Source: a virus. From it: a DNA stretch of 64,000 nt. Below are positions 10,739 through 19,382 of the stretch, in pieces. The number at the start of each line of letters is the position of its first letter. Within the stretch, counting starts at the first letter, position 1. Where the stretch lies: IMG/VR virus record IMGVR_UViG_3300009126_000404, positions 96,001 to 160,000 of that record; one strand, written 5' to 3'. Below the pieces are notes generated by a model. That model saw only the letters and a program-made list of their open reading frames with translations, was not told where the DNA came from and did not search any database. The position numbers and the translations under genes were made by a program.

Positions 10739-10767
10739 ATTATACGGCAAGATATCTTATTTGTCAA
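10739..10767 (-). promoter_or_regulatory. sigma70-type early promoter
   Basis: TTGACA-AATAAGATATCTTGCCG-TATAAT. Confidence 0.85.
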
Positions 10768-10780
10768 GTTTTTAAACCAC

Positions 10781-10817
10781 AAAAAAACCCTTGATTTGCA
10801 ATACAAAACAAGGGTTT
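10781..10817 (-). terminator. intrinsic terminator
   Basis: AAACCCTTG...CAAGGGTTT stem followed by U-run on the minus strand. Confidence 0.75.
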
Positions 10818-10850
10818 AAAAGAAGTTTCGCTCATTAAATGAGCTAACTT

Positions 10851-11072
10851 TTAGTCACGATCAAACAATTTCCACACGATTACTGCAGAAATAAGACCAA
10901 CTAGACCAGCATTCCCAAGTTGTTGAACTATTCCAATGACGGTACCAATCACATCACCACCAAGGAAAGGAACACTACCACCGAATACGACTTGTAAAAC
11001 GATCGCTAAAGATATCAACGAAACGCCAATACCTGTTGCGGCCGCAACGCCGTTTGTGATTTTATCTATCAT
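10851..11072 (-). CDS. small membrane protein (paralogue of 56458..56679)
   Basis: AGGAG SD; Gly-rich hydrophobic helices; VVFGGSVPFL motif. Confidence 0.8.
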   Translation of the reverse strand: MIDKITNGVAAATGIGVSLISLAIVLQVVFGGSVPFLGGDVIGTVIGIVQQLGNAGLVGLISAVIVWKLFDRD

Positions 11073-11097
11073 ATGTTTCTCCTATTTTTTTTATTTT

Positions 11098-11294
11098 AAC
11101 GTAACCATTTTCTTGATTTTTTGTATCTTAGGCTCGGCGGTCACTACCGGCACTTATTCTAACTTACTTTCAATTATAAAAAATCGCTTTTTTACAATCT
11201 ATCCTACGCTTTTTAGTGCGGTCGTTTGGACAAACCCGCCTTCCTTGAACCATAATATTGAGATGAAAAGTATCTCCATCGCAACCATTACGTT
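11098..11294 (-). ncRNA. candidate structured RNA / 5' leader of the membrane-protein gene
   Basis: No credible ORF; closing stem AACGTAA/TTACGTT; four hairpins including an 11-bp stem with a G.U pair and GCGA tetraloop; ATAAATA at 11311-11317 upstream. Confidence 0.5.
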
Positions 11295-11361
11295 TTCTTT
11301 TAAATCTCAGTATTTATTTGCAATTTACCTGAACTTAAATACAGGCTTTATTTAAAATAAA

Positions 11362-11523
11362 CTACTGTGATATCTTCTCTTTTATTTTTTGTGATAATTT
11401 TGCCTCTGCCGCTACTTCTGCTAACAGTTGGACTTCTTTAGGTTTAAGGTGTGGTGACATTTTCTTAATCTTTTTTGTCCACTCCTCAGTTAATTTTTGT
11501 AATTGTTTTTCGTCTTTTTTCAT
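11362..11523 (-). CDS. hypothetical 53-aa protein (absent from ORF track)
   Basis: MKKDEKQLQKLTEEW...; TAATG coupling with upstream gene. Confidence 0.65.
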   Translation of the reverse strand: MKKDEKQLQKLTEEWTKKIKKMSPHLKPKEVQLLAEVAAEAKLSQKIKEKISQ

Positions 11524-12029
11524 TATGCCGCTTTCTTAAATTCGTTTTCCATACTGTATGGAAGACCAAGTGAGAAACAAACATAACCTGCATCGGCTTC
11601 ATCGGCAAGACCTTCGCCTTGTAAAATCCACTTAATAGCAGTTTTACGATCATTTGCTCCATCAATAATAGTTTGAGTAATACGATCTTCAAATTCTTTT
11701 ACACGAACTTTTTCTTCTTCTGCTTCGGCTTCCATTACTTCATCAGCCGCTTTACCATAATGCTCGATTGCTTTTTTAAGTTCAGCATCTGACATAGCTG
11801 AAGTATTTAAACTTCTAGCATAACTCTTAGAATAAGCAGTTGAAGCCAACTCATAAAGAGTAGTTTCGTCTTGATAACGATCATACTCAGCAGGAGTATA
11901 AATTCCATACTCTGCCCAATGTTTAGGATCAGTAACAACCATACCAGACCATCTATTTTTAGGGTCTTCGTCAACCCAAGCCTGGGATTTAACGTTTATT
12001 GCTTCAATGTGTTGTACTAATGCATTCAT
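11523..12029 (-). CDS. hypothetical early protein
   Basis: AAGGA SD and own sigma70 promoter. Confidence 0.75.
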   Translation of the reverse strand: MNALVQHIEAINVKSQAWVDEDPKNRWSGMVVTDPKHWAEYGIYTPAEYDRYQDETTLYELASTAYSKSYARSLNTSAMSDAELKKAIEHYGKAADEVMEAEAEEEKVRVKEFEDRITQTIIDGANDRKTAIKWILQGEGLADEADAGYVCFSLGLPYSMENEFKKAA

Positions 12030-12057
12030 AATATTTCCTTTTTTTAACTATACTTAT

Positions 12058-12086
12058 ATAATACGGTAAGATGGGTTACTTGTCAA
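12058..12086 (-). promoter_or_regulatory. sigma70-type early promoter
   Basis: TTGACA-AGTAACCCATCTTACCG-TATTAT. Confidence 0.8.
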
Positions 12087-12097
12087 CCTTTTTTTAC

Positions 12098-12286
12098 CTA
12101 ATTTCTTACAATTATTAGGTTTTCTTCAAGAATAATCCCTTTATCTTGTGCCTCAGGTACCTCTTTGATACTATCTATAAGGTCTTTTGTAGTAACTTCA
12201 CTAATATTTATAACAAACTTATACACAAGAATTGCTAAAATAACCCCTATAAGTAAGATTAATATTGAGTTAAATTTCTCTATCAT
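12098..12286 (-). CDS. small single-TM protein
   Basis: ILILLIGVILAILVY helix; 4-nt overlap with upstream gene. Confidence 0.65.
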   Translation of the reverse strand: MIEKFNSILILLIGVILAILVYKFVINISEVTTKDLIDSIKEVPEAQDKGIILEENLIIVRN

Positions 12287-12561
12287 TGAGGCCTACCTAA
12301 ATGTAAAACCACATCATTGTCATAATATACTGCAAATGTATCAGCAAATTCCTTAATCATATGAGATTGAGGTCTATTATAACTAGGTGTACTTGAACCT
12401 CTGAACTTAATTCGCCTATCTTTGCTAGGTAGCAATCTTGTCACTTTACCATACAATGACATAGGAATGCCTTTGAATGTGCTACTCTCAGAATTAGGAC
12501 TAATATACTTTCGTAATAGTTTCTTATTCTCTTCGTTATAGTCTGCCCAAATTGTTATCAT
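12283..12561 (-). CDS. hypothetical protein
   Basis: AAGGAG SD; carries one copy of the 38-bp repeat. Confidence 0.7.
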   Translation of the reverse strand: MITIWADYNEENKKLLRKYISPNSESSTFKGIPMSLYGKVTRLLPSKDRRIKFRGSSTPSYNRPQSHMIKEFADTFAVYYDNDVVLHLGRPQ

Positions 12562-12733
12562 TTTATCTCCTTACTATAATTTTTCCACCACTTCTCAAAA
12601 TAATTCTCAAAGTTAATCTGTTCTGCTTCTTCAGGAATATCAGTTCCACTATACATAAAATCAAATATCATTTGTTTAATTTCTTCTTTGTCCATTACTG
12701 CAAATGTATCAGCAAATTCCTTAATCATATGAG
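12328..12733. repeat. 38-bp exact direct repeat (12328-12365 and 12696-12733)
   Basis: TACTGCAAATGTATCAGCAAATTCCTTAATCATATGAG twice; both encode HMIKEFADTFAV. Confidence 0.9.
12558..12728 (-). CDS. hypothetical protein (start revised to ATG 12728)
   Basis: AGGAG 10 nt upstream of ATG; begins MIKEFADTFAV. Confidence 0.55.
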   Translation of the reverse strand: MIKEFADTFAVMDKEEIKQMIFDFMYSGTDIPEEAEQINFENYFEKWWKNYSKEIK

Positions 12734-12853
12734 TTAAACTCCTATTAATTTGGTGCGGCTTATCAGTCTTGGCATACACCTGTTTTAACTGACTAACTTA
12801 GCTCACCCTCATGTGGGCAACACGGCCCGCCTTTGTGAGTACCACATAAACCA

Positions 12854-12964
12854 TTATACTCCTACTCCTAATAATGTTAAAATTATTGATAATGCGATTA
12901 GCGAACCAAATATTATGATGATCCACATCACGTAATAAACAATAGTTTCTATAATAAAATTCAT
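12854..12964 (-). CDS. 36-aa hydrophobic micropeptide
   Basis: MNFIIETIVYYVMWIIIIFGSLIALSIILTLLGVGV; tightly coupled to neighbours. Confidence 0.6.
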   Translation of the reverse strand: MNFIIETIVYYVMWIIIIFGSLIALSIILTLLGVGV

Positions 12965-12965
12965 A

Positions 12966-13034
12966 CTAAATTTCCATTGTCATTAATACAACAATAACCT
13001 GCAAGGTTAGTATTATAAGTGCGCCTTCTAACAT
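12966..13034 (-). CDS. 22-aa hydrophobic micropeptide
   Basis: MLEGALIILTLQVIVVLMTMEI; AGGAG SD inside upstream gene end; 1 nt from both neighbours. Confidence 0.55.
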   Translation of the reverse strand: MLEGALIILTLQVIVVLMTMEI

Positions 13035-13035
13035 A

Positions 13036-13158
13036 TTATGCTCCTATGTATGGTGCAAATGCTACTTTGCCCCAAAATATAAATTTTAACATCAGCAACA
13101 TTGCTAATGTTATAAATCCAAGCATAATAAAAATCTTCATTTTTACTGACAATCTCAT
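13036..13158 (-). CDS. 40-aa membrane micropeptide
   Basis: MRLSVKMKIFIMLGFITLAMLLMLKFIFWGKVAFAPYIGA; ATGA overlap with upstream stop. Confidence 0.6.
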   Translation of the reverse strand: MRLSVKMKIFIMLGFITLAMLLMLKFIFWGKVAFAPYIGA

Positions 13159-13508
13159 ATTGCTTGGCCCTCTGTTTGTTCCTTAATCCACCTTTCAACA
13201 AAAATAGTATCTTCATAGTTTTTTATCTTTACACTATTATCAACTATCTCAGGTGTTATAAGTTTCAACTCTAAAAAATCTACTAGCATATCCTCAAAAG
13301 GAATATTGTTAGATTTTGCCCAACGTAGAACCTTGTGTTCTTTTAAACGGCCTTCAAATCGTTTTTTACCTGTATACTTTTCAGCAAGTTCGCTCATGTC
13401 GTCAACTGACAATGTATCTATAATACAATCAGCAAACAATAATTTTAAGACACTGTGATCATTTCCTGTCCACGTTTTATCTATACCAAATCTTCTATTC
13501 ATACCCAT
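13155..13508 (-). CDS. hypothetical early protein
   Basis: 117-aa ORF in coupled run. Confidence 0.7.
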   Translation of the reverse strand: MGMNRRFGIDKTWTGNDHSVLKLLFADCIIDTLSVDDMSELAEKYTGKKRFEGRLKEHKVLRWAKSNNIPFEDMLVDFLELKLITPEIVDNSVKIKNYEDTIFVERWIKEQTEGQAI

Positions 13509-13512
13509 AATA

Positions 13513-13932
13513 TTATCCTACGTGTGAAAGAGATGACATACCTTCTGACATCTCACAAATATATCCGTTAAGAATACTATCTTCGTATTCTTTTGTTCCT
13601 TTAGGTGGCATTGGGTGAAGAACCATGTTCTCGTTCCAATACTTGGTGATTTCTTCATAAGTTTTAAATTTAACTGGTGGGCTTGTATGTCTGCTTACCC
13701 AACTGTTACCTTCAAAAGTTAAAAAACGTCCTGCAACAAAGTCTCCTGTTTCAGCAGGTGTACCTTCGTTTTTTACACTCCACTCAAATACATAAAGACG
13801 ACTTGTTGATTTTTCTAAGCCCAACATTAGAGTTTTAGGAATAGTAACTCCACGTGTTTCATAAACAATTTCAACTTCTGCATAAGAAGGCTTTTTAAAT
13901 AAATCAACAAAAGGTTTAATATCTGCTTTCAT
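13513..13932 (-). CDS. hypothetical early protein
   Basis: AGGAG SD; 139 aa. Confidence 0.7.
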   Translation of the reverse strand: MKADIKPFVDLFKKPSYAEVEIVYETRGVTIPKTLMLGLEKSTSRLYVFEWSVKNEGTPAETGDFVAGRFLTFEGNSWVSRHTSPPVKFKTYEEITKYWNENMVLHPMPPKGTKEYEDSILNGYICEMSEGMSSLSHVG

Positions 13933-13940
13933 ATAATCTC

Positions 13941-14234
13941 CTAAGAAAAAGTAATTCCAAAAAACTCAGTAGCAATACCAATATCTTTAACTGGTGCTCT
14001 ACCATCAGCACAACATACCTCATCATCACCAAATAACTCATCACCTGCTGGTATAACATCTTTAACAATCCAGTCTAAATGTTCAATTGCCGCATCAACT
14101 CTATTAAGTGCATCTTGTATACCAAATGCTTTTACATAAACACTATCAACGTGTGAACAATTCGCTTCTCTAGGGCGAATTCCAACCATATATTTTGTTT
14201 TAAAACTGTTTAAAAATGCTTTTGAGTTTTTCAT
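13941..14234 (-). CDS. hypothetical early protein
   Basis: AAGGA SD, first gene after promoter 14264-14292. Confidence 0.7.
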   Translation of the reverse strand: MKNSKAFLNSFKTKYMVGIRPREANCSHVDSVYVKAFGIQDALNRVDAAIEHLDWIVKDVIPAGDELFGDDEVCCADGRAPVKDIGIATEFFGITFS

Positions 14235-14263
14235 ATCCTTCCTTTATTGTTTAATATAACTAT

Positions 14264-14292
14264 ATTATACGGCAAGATGTCTTGATTGTCAA
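14264..14292 (-). promoter_or_regulatory. sigma70-type early promoter
   Basis: TTGACA-ATCAAGACATCTTGCCG-TATAAT. Confidence 0.85.
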
Positions 14293-14391
14293 CCTTTAAC
14301 GGCGGCTACAGCCCTTACTGTATAAGGGCTTTAATTTTTTTTTTGATTTTTTTTGGATTTTTTGGTGAAAAATTGGTGAATTTGGGCAGAT

Positions 14392-14646
14392 TTACCCCCA
14401 ATCTTTTTTATCTCCAGCCGCTTCGTTATCAGCATAGCCGGCTTTATATGCAATAATTTCATCTTCTGTCATATTTTTTTCTTCTACCATTGGACTATTA
14501 TGTGTTCCACCAGTAAAATAGTGTGGGTTGGAACCACGACCATAATAACTATCAGCACCACCTCTGTCATAAGGACCACCATGTCGTCTTTCGTGTTTTA
14601 TAATGCTATCTATTTGTTTTTGTATATCTAACCCTAAATCATTCAT
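14392..14646 (-). CDS. hypothetical phage protein
   Basis: RHGGPYDRGGADSYYGRG motif, recalled from marine phage hypotheticals. Confidence 0.7.
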   Translation of the reverse strand: MNDLGLDIQKQIDSIIKHERRHGGPYDRGGADSYYGRGSNPHYFTGGTHNSPMVEEKNMTEDEIIAYKAGYADNEAAGDKKDWG

Positions 14647-15230
14647 ATTATACTCCTTTGTATTAGTTGGTTAAAAAATTCTTTCTTATACAAACCTAGT
14701 ATTACAGATTGTAACAATCTTACATACTCTTTTCCTTGTTCGCTCCAAGGTTCTAAATACAATGTTAAACTCATTGCTAATTTCTCTGATCCAATTTGAA
14801 ATTCTAACTCATTTCTAAAAGGTTCATAAGCAGGATATGTGTTTAAAATGTGTAAATAATGTGTTATACTATCGCACCAGCTTTTATATATTCTTAGCCC
14901 CCATTTTGCATTTGGAGCACCTTTTGCTTTCATTTGTGGGACTGTTTCATCCCAAGTTCTTATACCAAATAAATTGTTTCCTTCTACTGCAAATCTACTT
15001 TTACCCCAGGCACTTTCATGTGCGGCTTGAGCAATAATAAGCTCTAATGGAACTTGCTTAGATAATGGATATTTTTCTTCATCTGTGTATAACTTATCTA
15101 CACAACTTTTAATTTCATATGCGAATTCTTTATTTGTTATTTCGGGTGGTGACAATGCTTTTGCATTTGTATAAAAGAATAAGGCCCACATAACGCCTGC
15201 TAAAATAATTAAATATTTCATTTTATACAT
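14643..15230 (-). CDS. glucosaminidase (GH73/Bax-like) with signal peptide
   Basis: IAQAAHESAWGKSRFAVEGNNLFGI; YLHILNTYPAY. Confidence 0.85.
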   Translation of the reverse strand: MYKMKYLIILAGVMWALFFYTNAKALSPPEITNKEFAYEIKSCVDKLYTDEEKYPLSKQVPLELIIAQAAHESAWGKSRFAVEGNNLFGIRTWDETVPQMKAKGAPNAKWGLRIYKSWCDSITHYLHILNTYPAYEPFRNELEFQIGSEKLAMSLTLYLEPWSEQGKEYVRLLQSVILGLYKKEFFNQLIQRSII

Positions 15231-15264
15231 ATAATATACAACAAATAACCCTATTTGTCAATAG

Positions 15265-15453
15265 CTAATTTTTCGCAGTTTTACTGGGTTTTTTATCTAA
15301 ATCTTCCTTTAAATCGCTTAAAATCTTGTGTTTTATGGGTGCTACAGCAACATCTCCAGCAGTAACACTAACTACACCACCTACAGTGAATAAAGTAGGG
15401 CCACAAGCGGTTAGTAGCAATAAAGCCAGTAATATAAAAAATATACGGATCAT
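15265..15453 (-). CDS. small lipoprotein
   Basis: Lipobox LLLTAC. Confidence 0.6.
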   Translation of the reverse strand: MIRIFFILLALLLLTACGPTLFTVGGVVSVTAGDVAVAPIKHKILSDLKEDLDKKPSKTAKN

Positions 15454-18146
15454 TAAAATTCAAATAGATTGTTGAAGGTGTTTTTAGCCGCGGCTTTATC
15501 TAAATCCCACTTCATTACACCTAATAAGTTTTCCAATTTTTTAGTAACTACTACTCTTTCCATATGTTCATCATCAAATGGAAGATCTAAAAACCACTGT
15601 GGAAGCCGTGTTTCATCTGTAGGATAGGCTACACTTGTCATACCTAATGGATTATCTTTTATTCTACAAACAATAGTTTTCATACCATCTGTAATTTCAT
15701 TAGCATAATTATCACTGTTAATTTCACGTAACTTATTCCAATTAAGTGCCGCGGTAACATGGCCAGGCATTGGTGGCTTTTTAATGTCTGCCGTTGTTTT
15801 GTTATTGTTATGTGCTACTTTACGATCTCTTTCAAACTTTGCCATTTTACCTCTATATGCAGTCAAGTTATTAACACGTTTAGGACTACCTTTTTCCCAA
15901 CTAGGCTTGGCTCTATATTCTTTACGAAACTCAATAATTTTATCAATTATTTCTTGTTCTTCACTACCAGTTAGCACATCGAGCAATACGTCTTTTAAAA
16001 AGTCTTGCATCCAAGGTGGAGTATCACTTCTCTTTAAATCTAATCCCATTGCTTTGATATAACCAGGATTACCATCTACATCTTCACGTTTACCTTCGTT
16101 ATCAAATACTAACATTGCGTAACGTTTCTTTGTAATAAAAATACCTGCACTTCCAACCATTTCTTTGTCTGCTTGAATAATACTACCCAAGTCTAATGTA
16201 GTATGAAATGTTCTACTCATAAATCCTGGAAATGTTTTACTTACTTCTTGACATACTGCATCATAATAAGCAATAATATTATCCCTATCCCAATTAATTT
16301 CATTTTTATCAATCTGTTCCTTTAATAAAGGATATGAACTAAAATATGTAGAGTCAGTATCTCCATATACAATTGCTTTACCTTGATGATCATATTCTCC
16401 AGCAATAATTTTATTAATTTCAGCCGCCATATGTCTTGCAATACAACGTCCTGTAAGTGTTGTACTTTGTCCTAATCTACTATCAAAAAATCTACTACCT
16501 GGGTTTAATAATGCACCATACAAACTATTTAAATTAATCTTTTTAACTAACTGTCGTTTGTCCCAAAATGCAAACTCATTGCCGCCTTTTTCACGTGCCG
16601 CTGATGCTTTTGCTTGTAACTCTCTACGATCTGCATACCAACGTTCTAGCAATCCAGGAATAATACCTTTTTTCTCATATGTAAATATTGTACCATTTGC
16701 ACTAATAATCCAAGGTTGCCCACTATTAAAAATAATCTCATATATTTCAGCACCTGTTGCTTTAAAACTAGTTCCATCTTCAAAATCAAGATGTAACATT
16801 TCATCTATATTTTTATCTATTACTAATTCATATTCTCTACACGCGAACTTTCCTTCCCATGCTTCAGCAACTGTTCTTGCATTTTGAATCATTTCTTTTG
16901 TGTGTGTATGGCGAACTTGCCCAACAATAGTTTCTGTACTCATATTGCAACTACGTAAAATACTAGGATATAGACTGTTTAAGTCAATACTACCTATCCA
17001 TTTATGCATTCCTTTTTTAGGATATGCAACATATGCACCAGCCGCCGTTGTTGTATCTCTGTCATAACGTTTATCTGGTACAATCATACCTTTAGTGTGT
17101 GCTTCATTCATAATAGCCTGGTCTGTTTGTGCAACAGCACCCATTGTTGTTTGTAGCAAAACTGTATTAGAATGTGCTAACACATTCGCTAAATCAATAA
17201 ATTGTAATTTAGCATCTAGTTTAACTAATAACTCAACGTCTTGTCTAGAATATGCAATAAACTTTTCAAAGTCATTGTTATAAAGTTGATCTAATGTTCC
17301 TTCGTAATCTACTTTGCGTTCTCCTACTTCGTATTCACCAATTGCATCTAGACTATAACTATGCATTTCATGGTATGTATACTTTCTATACAATTGCATA
17401 TAATCCATATGTACACGACCATATGTATCATATGTTTGTTGCTCTGCACCATAACGTTCGAATTTACGTTCTCTTGGTAACATATCCCATAAACAGAATT
17501 TACGTGTGTGGCTTTTAGACAACACTCGTGATACTCTGTTCACCAAATATGGAATATCAAAACCTTCACTATTCCATCCACTTAAAATATCAGCATCATC
17601 AATTAAATCCAAAAATGCTAATAGCATTTCTTTTTCTGTTGCAAACAAAATAGTATTTTCAAATTTATTAGTAATTTCTTTTGCCTCTTCTAGGTTCATT
17701 GACTTAGGACCAAGAGCAAGACAAATAGTCATATCCATCCAATTACAATGTAAACTAATTGCTGTTAATGGATTAAAAGGATCTTCCGGTGGAGCAAATC
17801 CAACTTCTTTATTAAAATCAGTCTCAATATCAAAAAAGCAAACATTTAACTTAGGAACACTAGTAGGGTCATAATTTTCAGCGAACGTTTTAAAAATAAC
17901 ATTTACATCGCTCTCATATAAACCTTTATGTCCATGAATCTTCTTTTCTGTGTTAAACTTTTTACTTGTGTTACATACAACACGTTCTAATTTCTCACCA
18001 AATATACTTGTGTACTTTCCATTTTGATCTCTATAATAAAATGTATACTTGGCAGGAATTTCTTTAAATTCTCTTTTACCATCTACACGTTCTACTATAT
18101 GTATAATGTCTTTGGCCTTGTCATGAAATGCGTCTACATAACTCAT
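15453..18146 (-). CDS. family-B DNA polymerase with 3'-5' exonuclease
   Basis: FDIET, GWNSEGFD, DLNSLYPS, KINLNSLYG, YGDTDS, KKRY. Confidence 0.97.
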   Translation of the reverse strand: MSYVDAFHDKAKDIIHIVERVDGKREFKEIPAKYTFYYRDQNGKYTSIFGEKLERVVCNTSKKFNTEKKIHGHKGLYESDVNVIFKTFAENYDPTSVPKLNVCFFDIETDFNKEVGFAPPEDPFNPLTAISLHCNWMDMTICLALGPKSMNLEEAKEITNKFENTILFATEKEMLLAFLDLIDDADILSGWNSEGFDIPYLVNRVSRVLSKSHTRKFCLWDMLPRERKFERYGAEQQTYDTYGRVHMDYMQLYRKYTYHEMHSYSLDAIGEYEVGERKVDYEGTLDQLYNNDFEKFIAYSRQDVELLVKLDAKLQFIDLANVLAHSNTVLLQTTMGAVAQTDQAIMNEAHTKGMIVPDKRYDRDTTTAAGAYVAYPKKGMHKWIGSIDLNSLYPSILRSCNMSTETIVGQVRHTHTKEMIQNARTVAEAWEGKFACREYELVIDKNIDEMLHLDFEDGTSFKATGAEIYEIIFNSGQPWIISANGTIFTYEKKGIIPGLLERWYADRRELQAKASAAREKGGNEFAFWDKRQLVKKINLNSLYGALLNPGSRFFDSRLGQSTTLTGRCIARHMAAEINKIIAGEYDHQGKAIVYGDTDSTYFSSYPLLKEQIDKNEINWDRDNIIAYYDAVCQEVSKTFPGFMSRTFHTTLDLGSIIQADKEMVGSAGIFITKKRYAMLVFDNEGKREDVDGNPGYIKAMGLDLKRSDTPPWMQDFLKDVLLDVLTGSEEQEIIDKIIEFRKEYRAKPSWEKGSPKRVNNLTAYRGKMAKFERDRKVAHNNNKTTADIKKPPMPGHVTAALNWNKLREINSDNYANEITDGMKTIVCRIKDNPLGMTSVAYPTDETRLPQWFLDLPFDDEHMERVVVTKKLENLLGVMKWDLDKAAAKNTFNNLFEF

Positions 18147-18280
18147 ATTTTTTTACTCACTTTTTTAAATCCCCAATCAACAAGATATTTGTGTCCACAA
18201 TTAATACATGGTCGAGGCACTGGTGAAACAAACCTATGACCACATTGTAAACATTCCAAATCATGTATTATTTTTTTCAA
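18143..18280 (-). CDS. 45-aa zinc-ribbon protein (TTG start)
   Basis: AAGGAG-9 nt-TTG; CLQC...CINC; the track start at 18403 lies inside the MTase. Confidence 0.6.
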   Translation of the reverse strand: MKKIIHDLECLQCGHRFVSPVPRPCINCGHKYLVDWGFKKVSKKI

Positions 18281-19379
18281 AAACGTATACTCCTTCGAAT
18301 TTTTCTCTACCTTCTGTTTTAAAGTTTCCAACACCAGGACGGGTGTTAAGCAACATCTTAATTGTGTTTGTATGTTTGAATCCAATCTTTTCAGCAAGTT
18401 CAATCCAACGATCTACAACGAAATATTCTTTATTACCATAACTTTTATAGTCTGCAATGTTTGTTGCAAATATTCCATCATCATTAAGACCCTTATGTAT
18501 ATTTTTCATTGTAGGAGCAACATATCCATCAAACCAATCATCCATGCTAGTATATTTAACCATACATTGTGTAGGCTCATCACTGTATTTTTCTAAATTA
18601 AAATAAGGCGGGCTACTAAATGCTAAATCAATATCTTCACATTGATATTCTTCTGATGGCAAACAAATAATCTCAGAACTGTTAGTTAGTAAACTATCTA
18701 AGTATTTTAAATATTCAAATGTTTCTGTATTAGGGTCTGTACCTATATAACTGTAGTTCATATTACTACTTGCTATTCCTATTAACCTTCCACCATAACC
18801 ACAGCTATAATCGTAAATACGACCCCATAGCACCGGACATAAACGTTCTGCAATTGCTCTAGCATGTTGTGGCTTAAAGTTTTGTACATTCTCACCTGTT
18901 ACTAATTCTAAACTTCTACGCATTGCTGTTGGATATACTAATTTATTTCCATCTCTAAATTCAAAGCATATTCTAATAGCTCTACGCAACTTAGCATCAT
19001 CATTAAATCTATCTTTTAAACTATTTGACCCTCTTCCCTTGGGTTCTGCTGTTTGCATATTTGTAAATAAAAATCTACAAAGTGTTTGTCCTAAATTGTT
19101 ACCAAGTCCAATTACATTATTTTCTACATGACTATATGATGCTCGTTTAAATTCTTTTAATGATTGTATTAGTCCATTTTCAGTATAATATATAATTGGT
19201 ACTATACCTCTATTTCTATATATATTAAAAACTTCTTCTATAGTATTTGTAGGATCTTCGTCATATACTTCAGCGGTAAATGTATCCAATTCTGGATACA
19301 AGTCTTCATAACCAGTAAACACATCATTAAAAATATGTTCTGTTCTTATACCCCAAAAATTGTGGATATGATTAATCAC
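18261..19379 (-). CDS. DNA amino-methyltransferase (m4C/m6A type)
   Basis: SAM motif YDYSCGYGGR; catalytic SSPPY. Confidence 0.8.
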   Translation of the reverse strand: MINHIHNFWGIRTEHIFNDVFTGYEDLYPELDTFTAEVYDEDPTNTIEEVFNIYRNRGIVPIIYYTENGLIQSLKEFKRASYSHVENNVIGLGNNLGQTLCRFLFTNMQTAEPKGRGSNSLKDRFNDDAKLRRAIRICFEFRDGNKLVYPTAMRRSLELVTGENVQNFKPQHARAIAERLCPVLWGRIYDYSCGYGGRLIGIASSNMNYSYIGTDPNTETFEYLKYLDSLLTNSSEIICLPSEEYQCEDIDLAFSSPPYFNLEKYSDEPTQCMVKYTSMDDWFDGYVAPTMKNIHKGLNDDGIFATNIADYKSYGNKEYFVVDRWIELAEKIGFKHTNTIKMLLNTRPGVGNFKTEGREKFEGVYVFEKNNT

Positions 19380-19382
19380 GTG

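Noticed and set aside
10936-11355. 139-aa plus-strand ORF
   Set aside because: Antisense to a well-supported gene and the structured leader; no SD or recognisable motif
12328-12733. Possible CRISPR array or DGR template/variable repeat
   Set aside because: Only two copies, 368 bp apart, identical with no adenine-specific mismatches; no cas or reverse transcriptase in the window
13028-13216. Track ORF MKILFLL...; also 11486..11692 and the extended 18143..18403
   Set aside because: They overlap better-supported coupled genes in other frames
15453-18146. Intein or intron in the DNA polymerase
   Set aside because: Motifs are contiguous at normal spacing; no splice-junction or homing-endonuclease motif seen
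18255-18285. Programmed frameshift at the A7 run at the MTase end
   Set aside because: The zinc-ribbon frame is +1, not -1, and has its own AAGGAG-TTG start
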